Assembly: GCA_963725865.1 (NCBI GenBank)
Contig: CAVSAC010000014.1
Location: 389,298 to 453,297 of the forward strand
Direction of reading: 5' to 3'
Length of the DNA stretch: 64,000 nt
DNA from: Candidatus Eiseniibacteriota bacterium
GTDB lineage: Bacteria > Eisenbacteria > RBG-16-71-46
In this document: one piece after another, positions 36,933-45,586 of the stretch
Position numbering within the stretch: the first letter of the stretch is position 1
Layout of the letters: each line of letters opens with the position of its first letter
The notes under the pieces: model-generated
Told to the model about the DNA's origin: nothing
The model's input: the letters and a program-made list of their open reading frames with translations, nothing else
Databases searched by the model: none
Translations under genes and position numbers: made by a program

Positions 36933-38829
36933 TCAGGCGCGCGCGTGCCTGGCCGGAACGTCGGCCGCCGCCATCATCTGGCTGAAGTAGCCGTCGACCG
37001 CGAGCAGCTCCTGCGGCGTGCCGTCCTGCTCGATGCGGCCACCGCGCAGCACCAGCACGCGGTCGACATCGGTGAGCATGCTGCGCCGGTGCGCGACCAC
37101 CACCGTCGTGCGACCGCTCGAGAGGATCTCGAGCGCCTCCTTCACCGCCTCCTCGGTCTTGAAGTCGAGGTTGGCGGTGGCCTCGTCGAGCACCAGCACC
37201 ACCGGCCTCGCCACGAACGCGCGCGCCAGCAGGACGCGCTGCCGTTCGCCCATCGACAGCTCCACGCCGCGTTCGCCGATCGGCGTCGCCAGCCCGTCGG
37301 GCAACCGCTGGAGCAACGGTTCGAGGCCGGCGAGCCGCGCCGCCTCGGCGACCTCGGCGTCGCTCGCTTCCTGGCGCGCGTAGCGGATGTTCTCCGCCAC
37401 GGTCATGCGGAACAGCGTGCCGTCCGCCGCCACGCTGCGCACCGCCGCCCGCACCGACGACGGCGCGACCTCGTCGAGACGCTGGCCGTCGATGCGGACC
37501 ACGCCCGAGTTGGGGTGGTAGAGGCCGGCCAGCAGGTCGGTGATCGTGGTCTTGCCAGCGCCCGAGGGGCCGACCAATCCGACGCGCTCCCCCGCGCGAA
37601 TGCGGAACGTGACGCCCGTCCAGCACGCGCCGCTTCGGGGTGTAGCCGAACACCACGTCCTCGAACTCGATCGCGCCGCCGCGCGGCGCGAACGGCGGCC
37701 GGTCCTCGCCCGGCGCCTGCGGCGTCGCGAGCAGTCGCTGCGCGCGCTGGAGACTCGACAGGTGCTCCTGCAGCGAGGTGTACAGCTCGGTGAGGTTCTC
37801 GATCGGCGAGTACACCTGGTCCAGGTAGGCCACGAACAGCACCACGTCGCCGGGGGTGAGCTGGTGCTGGAGCGCCTTGATGCCGCCGAGCAGCAGGGCG
37901 GCCGCCTTCGAGAAGGAGACGATGCTCTCCTGGACGAAGGTGTAGCGATTGAGCATGCGGGCGCGCTCGACGTAGGTCTCGAACGCGCGATCGCTGGCGG
38001 CATCGAGCTGGCGCTCCTCCCAGCCCGAGGCGCCGTGGGTGATCACCGTCTTGATCCCGGCCACCGCCTGCTGGATGCGGCTCGAGACCTCGTCCCAGAG
38101 CCCGTAGTACTGCTCGAGCTGCGTCTCGAGGCGACGGGCCATGTGCCACGTCACCAGCGCGTACACCGGCACCGCGATGAAGGTCACGAGCGCGAGCGTG
38201 AGGTTGAGCGACGACATGATGGCGAGGATGGCGGCGAGCCGGAAGAAGTCGGGCCAGAACTCCTGCGCAAGCGCGGTGAAGACCGGCGCGACGTGGTCGC
38301 TCTGATCGATCTGCCGCGCCACCGCGCCGCTGGCGCGGCGCCCGAAGAAGTCGAGCGGCAATCGCAGCACGTGGTGGAACGTGCGCAGGATGTAGCCGCG
38401 CTCGAGATCGCTCGAGAGCCGCGTCGCGCGGTCGTCCCCACGCAGGCGGAACAACTCCGAGATCAGCCGCGTCACCAGCAGCAGGCAGGCGCCGAGGATG
38501 ACGGTGGCGACCGCCTGCGGCGGAGTGCGCGGGGCGAGCCGCCGCGGCACCCCGGGCTCCGCGCGCAAGCGCTGGAGCGGGGCGCGGAAGATGTGCCGGC
38601 TGCTGCGCTCGAAGTGGCCGGCCGCCGAGCCCACGTGCTCGAAGAATCGCTCGGCCTCGGCCACCGGACGCGGGGCCACGAACACGCCGGCGATGTCGTC
38701 GACGATGGCGCGGTAGATCCAGGGTTCGAACAGCGAAGCGGCGGTGCCGATCGACACCAGTACCGCCACCCACAGGAACCCGCGCAGGCGTCCGCGAGCG
38801 AGGGCGAGGATCGCGAGCAGCGAGCGCAT
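36933..38829 (-). pseudogene. MsbA-type ABC exporter (fused TMD-NBD), disrupted by a +1 frameshift near 37625-37630 (extra G in a G-run). Pseudogene or sequencing error.
   Basis: ORF 36526..38829 encodes a 6-TM exporter TMD through ...IEFEDVVFGYTPKRRVLDG. ORF 36933..38003, in another frame, continues VTFRIRAGERVGLVGPSGAGKTT...LSMGERQRV...LVLDEATANLD. The junction lies at ctggacGGGcgtcacg. Confidence 0.7.
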
Positions 38830-38855
38830 GGGCGGCGGAACGCGGGCGGCGGGGC

Positions 38856-39815
38856 CTAGCCCGACGCCTCCTCGGGCTGCGGCCGCTCGTCGGGCGGTGG
38901 TGGCGGCGGCAGCCGCGCGATGCGTGCGCGAACCGCTCGCGCGGCGGCGGCCTCGCCCGCGGCCTCGAGCACGCGCGCGTACTCGGACAGCACGTCGGCG
39001 TCGCCGGGAGCGAGCTCGGCGGCGAGCGCGAGCTGCCGGCGCGCCTCGGCGGCGCGACCCGTCTGCTCGAGCAGCAGCGCCAGGTCGTATCGCGACATCG
39101 CGTCCAGCGAGTCGAGGGCGACCGCGCGACGGTACTCGGACTCGGCCTCCTGCAGCCGACCCTGGTCGCCGTAGAGATTGCCGAGGTGGATGTGCGGATC
39201 GTCGCTGGCTGGATCCAGCCGCGCGGCCTCGCGGAACGCGTCCTCGGCCTCGCGCGTACGGCCCGCGCCGACCAGGAACAATCCGTAGGAGCCGAGCGTG
39301 GCGGCGCGCGGCCGCCCGCGGCCCGCGCGCTTCTGCATCTGCAGTAGGTAGAGGAAGTCGCTCTCATGCAGCCCCTGCGGGTTCTTGAGCCCCCAGGTCG
39401 GATCGGCGCTCACCTGTTCGACGCGCGCCTCGAGCCGCAGCTCCTCGATGTCGAGCCGCCGGTTCTCCGACAGCTCGAACGCCTTGCTGAACGACTCCTC
39501 GGCGAGCCGGTAGCGCCCGGCGTCCATGAAGTCGCGGCCGAGCTCGACGTAGCGCTGGATGACCTGCCGCGACTGGAGCCGGTCCCACTGGTCCTGCAGA
39601 GAAGGCAGGAAGAACGCGAGCAGCGTGACGGCGGCGCTCGCCGCGCCCGCGATCCAGGGCCGGATCCGCTTCCACGGCGAGGGCGAGCGGCGCGCCTCCA
39701 ACTCCTCCACCAGCGCATCGAGCAGCAGCTCCCGCACGCGCGGCTCGTGGATGAGTTCGCGCAACGATTCCTCGTCCGGCGGCCCGGGAGGACGGGGCGG
39801 GGTGGTCTCGGCCAT
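38856..39815 (-). CDS. Membrane-anchored TPR-repeat protein
   Basis: Single TM (IAGAASAAVTLLAFFLP), then TPR-like repeats (YRLAEESFSKAFEL..., HIHLGNLYGDQGRLQEAESEYRRAVALD). Confidence 0.5.
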   Translation of the reverse strand: MAETTPPRPPGPPDEESLRELIHEPRVRELLLDALVEELEARRSPSPWKRIRPWIAGAASAAVTLLAFFLPSLQDQWDRLQSRQVIQRYVELGRDFMDAGRYRLAEESFSKAFELSENRRLDIEELRLEARVEQVSADPTWGLKNPQGLHESDFLYLLQMQKRAGRGRPRAATLGSYGLFLVGAGRTREAEDAFREAARLDPASDDPHIHLGNLYGDQGRLQEAESEYRRAVALDSLDAMSRYDLALLLEQTGRAAEARRQLALAAELAPGDADVLSEYARVLEAAGEAAAARAVRARIARLPPPPPPDERPQPEEASG

Positions 39816-39938
39816 GCGCGGCGAGGATAGCACCGCCCATCGGTGGACGCGCGTCGATGCGCTGAAGCGCCACGCGGAGATCCGCGCCGCGCCGTCATCG
39901 AGACCTGCTCCACCCGCGGCGCCGGGTCGTCTTCCGTT

Positions 39939-40601
39939 CTACGGCTTGATCCGGTACGGGAAGTTCCCCGCGACCTTCTTGAGCAGGGACTTCGTCATCG
40001 CCTCCACGGAGTTCGCGAGTCCGCCCTTGTCCGTATGGTCGTAGCTCCAGAGCAGCGCGCCGTCCGCACCGTTGTGCACGACCATGTTGATGTCGACCCG
40101 CTGCGTGCTGCCGCTGAACCCGAGCAAGAACGTCTGCGCCATCGCGGCGCCGGTGGACGTGGGCTGAGCCTGGTGGATCGTGCCCGAGACCAGCGCATCG
40201 ACGCCGAGGACCTTCGCCACTTCGTCGCGCGTGTGCAGCGCGAGACTGTCTGCGGTGATTCCACTGCGGGCGAGGAGCACGTTCGTCTGGTCGACGTCCT
40301 GGAAGCCGACCCGATACTCCCCGTCCTGGGAACGCTGGAGGAACCGGGCGTAGAGCTGCTTCTGGAATTCGAGCCCCTCCTCCCGCTCGGACTTCTGGAC
40401 CATCTCGAGCGTCATCCCCTTCGGCAGCCGGGCGGTGTCGATCGTGACCTTGAACGGGAGGACGGCGATCGTCTTGTGGGCCTCGCTGAGCTCGGCGAAG
40501 CGGGGATTGAGGTATTGCTGCGCAGCGGCGAGTGCCAGCGCGGCGACGGCCACGACGGGGATTGCCGCCGTCAGCGGGACGATCCAGTGTCGGTTCGCCA
40601 T
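39939..40601 (-). CDS. Hypothetical secreted/periplasmic protein
   Basis: Signal peptide MANRHWIVPLTAAIPVVAVAALALAAA. 220 aa, protein-like composition. Confidence 0.45.
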   Translation of the reverse strand: MANRHWIVPLTAAIPVVAVAALALAAAQQYLNPRFAELSEAHKTIAVLPFKVTIDTARLPKGMTLEMVQKSEREEGLEFQKQLYARFLQRSQDGEYRVGFQDVDQTNVLLARSGITADSLALHTRDEVAKVLGVDALVSGTIHQAQPTSTGAAMAQTFLLGFSGSTQRVDINMVVHNGADGALLWSYDHTDKGGLANSVEAMTKSLLKKVAGNFPYRIKP

Positions 40602-40880
40602 GGTGGAGCCTCCTGGTCCGGATCTGGGGACGAACGCGACCGGCGTCCCGTGTCCGGACGGCCGGCGAACGCGTGCAGCATCCAGTGCCGGAGTCCCGCC
40701 CGCAAGCCCGATCCCATCCTGCCGGCCGCGGCGCTCGGGGCCGACCGGTGCCGGTCGCGGCGAAGGGGCTCCGTTGCCGCGCGTCGGAGCGCTCCTCTAT
40801 ATTCCCCAGCCCGACCCCGAACGGGCTCGGCACGACCCCGCGACCCAGCCACTTCATGCCCTCCCAACGGTGAGACTTCC

Positions 40881-41870
40881 ATGGCCCAAGTGATCGACGT
40901 GCTCCTGCTGCTCGCGTTGCCCGCGTCCGGCAAGTCCGAGGTGCGGCGCTATCTCGCGAGTCTCACTCCCGAGCAGTGCCGCGACGAGTTGCACCTCGGA
41001 CCCACGGTCCAGCTCGACGACTACCCCTACGTGCACATGATGCGCCGCGTCAGCCAGGAGCTGCGCGCGCTGGGGCGCGACGGGGTGTTCTTCGACTCCG
41101 ACGACCTGCCCATGAAGGACGGCCGTGACTGGGGCATGCTGGTCGAGCTGATCAACGAGGACTTCGACGACCTGGTGCACCGCCGCAAGGCCGCGCCCGC
41201 CTCGGCCGCCACCTGGCTGCTCGACCGCTGCGATGTGGCTCGCGCAAAGAGCGGCGCCGAGGCCGCGTTCGCGAAGCTGCCGGCCGACGTGCGCGCGAAG
41301 CTGGTCGCGAAGCTCGAGCCCGAGGCGCGGGAGCTGGTGAGCGAGAAGAACGCCGGCATCCCCGACTCGCTCGCCGGGCGCACCGTGGTGATCGAGATGG
41401 CGCGCGGCGGCCCCGACCAGGCCGTGCCGCCGCTGCCCGCCCCGCTCGGGTACCAGTACACGCTCGCCACGCTCAGCGACGCCATCCTGTCGCACGCATC
41501 GATCCTGTACGTGTGGGTGACGCCCGAGGAGTCGCGCCGCAAGAACACCGAGCGCGCCAAGCCCGGCCCGCAAGGCGACCAGTCGATCCTGCACCACGGG
41601 GTGCCGATGGCGGTCATGCTGGGCGACTACGGCACCGACGACATGGACTACCTGATCCAGACGAGCGGCAAGCCCGACACCGTGAAGGTGGTCACGCGCG
41701 GCAACACGTTCATGATCCCGGTCGGACGGTTCGACAACCGCGTCGACAAGACCACGTTCGTGCGCGAGGACCGCGCGCACTGGCCGTCCGCGAACGTGAA
41801 GGCGCTGCACGAGGGTCTCGCGGGCGCGCTCGCTGCCATCGCGCGCGCCGGGGCGCCGATGAAAGACTGA
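40881..41870 (+). CDS. Hypothetical P-loop-containing protein (kinase/NTPase-like)
   Basis: N-terminal Walker-A-like LLALPASGKSE. 329 aa. Embedded at the 3' end of a longer spurious ORF. Confidence 0.45.
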   Translation: MAQVIDVLLLLALPASGKSEVRRYLASLTPEQCRDELHLGPTVQLDDYPYVHMMRRVSQELRALGRDGVFFDSDDLPMKDGRDWGMLVELINEDFDDLVHRRKAAPASAATWLLDRCDVARAKSGAEAAFAKLPADVRAKLVAKLEPEARELVSEKNAGIPDSLAGRTVVIEMARGGPDQAVPPLPAPLGYQYTLATLSDAILSHASILYVWVTPEESRRKNTERAKPGPQGDQSILHHGVPMAVMLGDYGTDDMDYLIQTSGKPDTVKVVTRGNTFMIPVGRFDNRVDKTTFVREDRAHWPSANVKALHEGLAGALAAIARAGAPMKD

Positions 41871-41916
41871 CGGGCGCCCCACTCCCGGCACTACAGCGCT
41901 ACGCCCGTCGGCGCGC

Positions 41917-42342
41917 TCACCGCGCGCGCAGCGAGGCGATCAGCGCGGCGCCGGTGAGGGCGAGGTTCTCGAGCAGCTTCTTCGCTCCCACCCGGGTGGC
42001 GTCGGCGGTGCCGAAGCAGCCGCATTCGAAGTCGAGATGCCGCGCCATCGCGGACGCCACCATGATCGTGAACGCCGCCATCATCGCGGCGGCGAGCCAC
42101 GCGCCCGAGCGCGGCCGCACCTGCAGCACCAGCGCGAGCCCGGTGAGCAGTTCGACCCACGGCAGCAGCACCGCGACCAGGTTCTCGAGGGCCACCGGCG
42201 CGATCCGGAAATGGTGGATCTGGGTGGCGAAGGAGCCCGGGTCGCCGATCTTGGCGAGCGCGGCGGCGATGAACACCACGCCGACCGCGATGCGGCAGAG
42301 CCCGACCAGCCACGGCGAGGTCAGCACGCGCGGGGCGCCCAT
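41917..42342 (-). CDS. DoxX/MauE-family membrane protein
   Basis: Four hydrophobic helices and conserved DFECGCFG motif. ATG overlaps the rhodanese stop. Confidence 0.6.
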   Translation of the reverse strand: MGAPRVLTSPWLVGLCRIAVGVVFIAAALAKIGDPGSFATQIHHFRIAPVALENLVAVLLPWVELLTGLALVLQVRPRSGAWLAAAMMAAFTIMVASAMARHLDFECGCFGTADATRVGAKKLLENLALTGAALIASLRAR

Positions 42343-43262
42343 CACCGACCTCCCGCGGATGCGCCGGTGGCCACCGGGTAGCCGGCGCGCTGCCACTCGG
42401 GGAAGCCGCCCTCGTACACCAGCACGCGCTTGCGCCCGTTCTCGATCATCAGCCTGGCCAGGTCCATCGACGCCTCGCACGCCCCGCCGCTGCAGTACAC
42501 GACGATCGGCCGCCCCGCTTCGCCCATGCGCTGCATGCGCTCGGGCTCGGCCAGCGCGTCGTTGTACGGCAGGCTGAGCGCGCCGACGATGTGCCCCTCG
42601 GCATACTCGTCCGCCTCGCGCGCGTCCACCACCAGCACCGCGCCCGCGTCGTAGAGCTGCTTGAGCATCGTCATCTGGAGCTTGATGGGCTTGCCGAGAT
42701 CGGGGATCACGGGCAACTCGGCCGCGGGCGCCGCCGGCGCGGCCGCGCCGGGTGCCGTCGGCGCGTTCGCGGGCGCCGGAGCGGCGGTCGATGCGGGCGC
42801 CGAGCCGCCGGGCGCGGGCCCGGTGCCCGTGGGCGCGGGTCGCACCGCCGGGTTCGGCACCGTGGATCCCGCATGCCCAGGTGCGCCCGAAGGCGATGCG
42901 ACGGTCGACGGCGAGGGCGCGCCGGAGCCATTCGCGCCCGACCGCACCGGCCCCCCGCCGGGCGACACGACGCTCGCGCCCGGCGAGGCGACGCTCGCAC
43001 CGGGCGACACGATGCTCGCGCCCGACGGTGGCGCGGCCGCGCGGGCCACGCTGTCGGCCCCCGCGGCCGGGGTGGCGGGCTGCAGCGATTCCAGGCTCGC
43101 CACCTCTTCGGCGTGCTTCACCCACGCGAGACCGTGCTTCGGATGGCTGGCGAGTCCGATCGAGTTGTACAGCGCCCCGAGGGCGAGGCCCGCCGCGACG
43201 ATGAGGATCGCGCCGCGGAGGGTCGCAGAAGTACCCGGGTCGTTTCCGAGATCGTTGGTCAT
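42342..43262 (-). CDS. Membrane-anchored rhodanese-domain sulfurtransferase with long Pro/Ala/Ser-rich linker containing a tandem heptad repeat
   Basis: N-terminal TM (LRGAILIVAAGLALGALY). C-terminal rhodanese with active-site loop VVYCSGGACEAS. Linker contains SIVSPGASVASPGASVVSPGG. Confidence 0.65.
   Translation of the reverse strand: MTNDLGNDPGTSATLRGAILIVAAGLALGALYNSIGLASHPKHGLAWVKHAEEVASLESLQPATPAAGADSVARAAAPPSGASIVSPGASVASPGASVVSPGGGPVRSGANGSGAPSPSTVASPSGAPGHAGSTVPNPAVRPAPTGTGPAPGGSAPASTAAPAPANAPTAPGAAAPAAPAAELPVIPDLGKPIKLQMTMLKQLYDAGAVLVVDAREADEYAEGHIVGALSLPYNDALAEPERMQRMGEAGRPIVVYCSGGACEASMDLARLMIENGRKRVLVYEGGFPEWQRAGYPVATGASAGGR
42961..43023. repeat. 3 x 21-bp imperfect tandem repeat inside the rhodanese linker (encodes the ASV(V/A)SPG units)
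   Basis: GGCGACACGACGCTCGCGCCC / GGCGAGGCGACGCTCGCACCG / GGCGACACGATGCTCGCGCCC. Confidence 0.6.
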
Positions 43263-43284
43263 GGGGTCCTCTGGACTCGCGGGC

Positions 43285-44250
43285 TCAGCCCGCGAGCATC
43301 ACCATGAGCGCCTTCTGCGCGTGGAGTCGGTTCTCGGCCTGGTCGATGAGCGCGGAGTTCGGCGTGCGCGACGTCGCGTAGTCGATCTCCTCGCCGTAGT
43401 GCGCCGGCAGGCAGTGCAGGATCACCGCGTCGCGCTGCGCGAGCTTCATGAGGCCGTCGTTCACCTGGTAGCCCTGAAAGTCGCGCAGGCGCTTCTTGGT
43501 CTCGGCCTCCTGCCCCATGCTGGTCCACACGTCGGTGTAGACGACGTCGGCGCCCTTCACGGCCGCGCGTGGATCGTTCATCACGCGCAGCGTCGCGCCG
43601 CTCGCCTTCGCGACGTTCTGCGCGTCGGCCAGCAGCGCCTTCGGCGGCTCGTAGCCCTTCGGGCAGGCGACCGTCACGTCCATCCCGAGCAGGGCGCCGC
43701 CGTAAAGCAGCGAGTTCGCGACGTTGTTGCCGTCGCCCACGAACACCGTGCGGAGTCCGTCGACGCGGCCCTTGCGCTCGATGATGGTGAGCAGGTCGCC
43801 GAGGATCTGGCAGGGGTGCTCGCGGTCCGACAGTCCGTTGATGACCGGCACCGTCGCCCACTTCGCCAGCTCGACCACGATGTCGTGTCCGAACACGCGC
43901 GCCATGATCAGGTCGGCCATCCGCGACAGCACCAGCGCGATGTCCTCGGTGGTCTCGCGGGCGCCGAGCTTGATGTCGTCGGGACCCAGGTAGATGGCGT
44001 GGCCGCCCAGCTGCGACATGCCCGCCTCGAACGAGACGCGGGTCCGCAGCGAGGGCTTCTGGAAGATCATCGCCAGGGTCTGGCCGGCGAGGTGCGCGTG
44101 CTTGCGGCCGCGCGCGCGGTCGCGCTTGAGGTCGAGCGCCAGTCGCAGCAGGTCGAGTGTCTCGCCCGCGGACAGACTGGTGGTGGAGAGGTAGTGGCGG
44201 GGCAATGGCTGGGCCACGGCGGAGCGCGGCCGTTTCTTCGTCGTCGGCAT
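43285..44250 (-). CDS. argF: Ornithine carbamoyltransferase
   Basis: STRTR carbamoyl-phosphate motif (KPSLRTRVSFE), HPCQ and HCLP motifs. 321 aa. Confidence 0.85.
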   Translation of the reverse strand: MPTTKKRPRSAVAQPLPRHYLSTTSLSAGETLDLLRLALDLKRDRARGRKHAHLAGQTLAMIFQKPSLRTRVSFEAGMSQLGGHAIYLGPDDIKLGARETTEDIALVLSRMADLIMARVFGHDIVVELAKWATVPVINGLSDREHPCQILGDLLTIIERKGRVDGLRTVFVGDGNNVANSLLYGGALLGMDVTVACPKGYEPPKALLADAQNVAKASGATLRVMNDPRAAVKGADVVYTDVWTSMGQEAETKKRLRDFQGYQVNDGLMKLAQRDAVILHCLPAHYGEEIDYATSRTPNSALIDQAENRLHAQKALMVMLAG

Positions 44251-44342
44251 GGATTCGATTCCCGTCGATGGGGCGCCGGGCGCGGCCCGGCGCGCGTGGC
44301 GCGCCGCGCGAGGCCGAGGCCCCGCGCGGCGCACGCGAGCGT

Positions 44343-45578
44343 TCAGGCGAGCACGCGGGCGATGCGCTCGTACGCCCAGTCCAGGTCCTTGCTCTCGATG
44401 ACGAGCGGCGGCGCGATGCGCAGCACGCTCTCCACCGTATCCTTGCACAGGACGCCTTCGTCCTTCAGCCGTTTCGCGTACTGCCTGGCGGGACCGGCCT
44501 CGGGTCTCAGCTCGATGCCGATCAGCAGGCCCTTGCCGCGGACCTCCTTCACCTTCGACGACGCCATGGCCCTCAGTCGTTGCATGAAGGCCTCGCCGAG
44601 CGCCGCGGCGCGCTCCGGCAGGCGCTCGCGCACCAGCAGCTCGAGCGCCTTGCGCGCCACCGCGCAGCCCAGCGGATTGCCGCCGAACGTGCTGCCGTGG
44701 TCGCCGGGCTGGAACACCCCGAGCACCTCGCGCGAGGCGAGCACCGCGGAGACCGGCATCATGCCGCCGCCGAGCGCCTTGCCCAGGATCAGCACGTCGG
44801 GCTTCACGCCCTCGTGGTCGCATGCGAACATCCGTCCGGTGCGGCCGAGCCCGGTCTGGATCTCGTCGGCGATGAACAGCACGCGGTGCTTCGCGCACAG
44901 CTCCTTCGCCGCCTTCAGGTATCCGGCCGGCGGCACCAGGATGCCGCCCTCGCCCTGGATCGGCTCGACCAGGAAGCCCACCGTGTTCGGTCCGATCGCC
45001 GCCTCGAGCGCGTTCAGGTCGCCGTACGGCACCAGCGGGAATCCGGGCGTGAACGGCCCGAACCCGTCGCGGTACTGCGCGTCGTCGGAGAACGACACGA
45101 TGGTGACCGTGCGGCCGTGGAAGTTCCCGAGGCAGCAGATGATCTCGGCCTTGCCGTCGGGCACGCCCTTGACCTGGTAGCCCCACTTGCGCGCGGTCTT
45201 GATCGCGGTCTCGACGCCCTCGGCGCCGGTGTTCATGGGCAGCACCAGGTCCTGCCCGCACAGCGCGGTGATCTCCTGGCAGAACGGTCCGAACTGGTCG
45301 TTCTGGAACGCGCGCGAGGTGAGCGAGAGCCGCTGCGCCTGTTCGACGAACGTGGCGACGATCTCGGGATGGCCGTGGCCGAAGTTGAGCGCCGAGTACG
45401 CGCTCAGCATGTCGAGGTAGCGATGCCCCTCGACGTCCTCCACCCACGCGCCGTGTCCCTTCGCGATGACCACGGGCAGCGGCGCATAGTTGCGGGCGCT
45501 GTAGCGGTCGATCAGCTCGTTGTGGCGGCGGGTGGCCGTGCCCGGCTCGTGTCCCGCCGCGGTGATGTCGGGCTGCAT
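44343..45578 (-). CDS. rocD: Class-III PLP aminotransferase, ornithine aminotransferase-like (could be acetylornithine aminotransferase)
   Basis: NYAPLPVVIAKGHGAWVEDVEGHRYLDMLSAYSALNFGHGHPEI...DEIQTGLGRTG...LGKALGGG. 411 aa. Confidence 0.75.
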   Translation of the reverse strand: MQPDITAAGHEPGTATRRHNELIDRYSARNYAPLPVVIAKGHGAWVEDVEGHRYLDMLSAYSALNFGHGHPEIVATFVEQAQRLSLTSRAFQNDQFGPFCQEITALCGQDLVLPMNTGAEGVETAIKTARKWGYQVKGVPDGKAEIICCLGNFHGRTVTIVSFSDDAQYRDGFGPFTPGFPLVPYGDLNALEAAIGPNTVGFLVEPIQGEGGILVPPAGYLKAAKELCAKHRVLFIADEIQTGLGRTGRMFACDHEGVKPDVLILGKALGGGMMPVSAVLASREVLGVFQPGDHGSTFGGNPLGCAVARKALELLVRERLPERAAALGEAFMQRLRAMASSKVKEVRGKGLLIGIELRPEAGPARQYAKRLKDEGVLCKDTVESVLRIAPPLVIESKDLDWAYERIARVLA

Positions 45579-45586
45579 GGCGCCTC

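Noticed and set aside
42961-43023. Short tandem DNA repeats, considered as a possible CRISPR or minisatellite
   Set aside because: Only three 21-bp units, in frame inside a coding linker, with no spacer/repeat alternation and no cas genes. Recorded instead as an intragenic tandem repeat.
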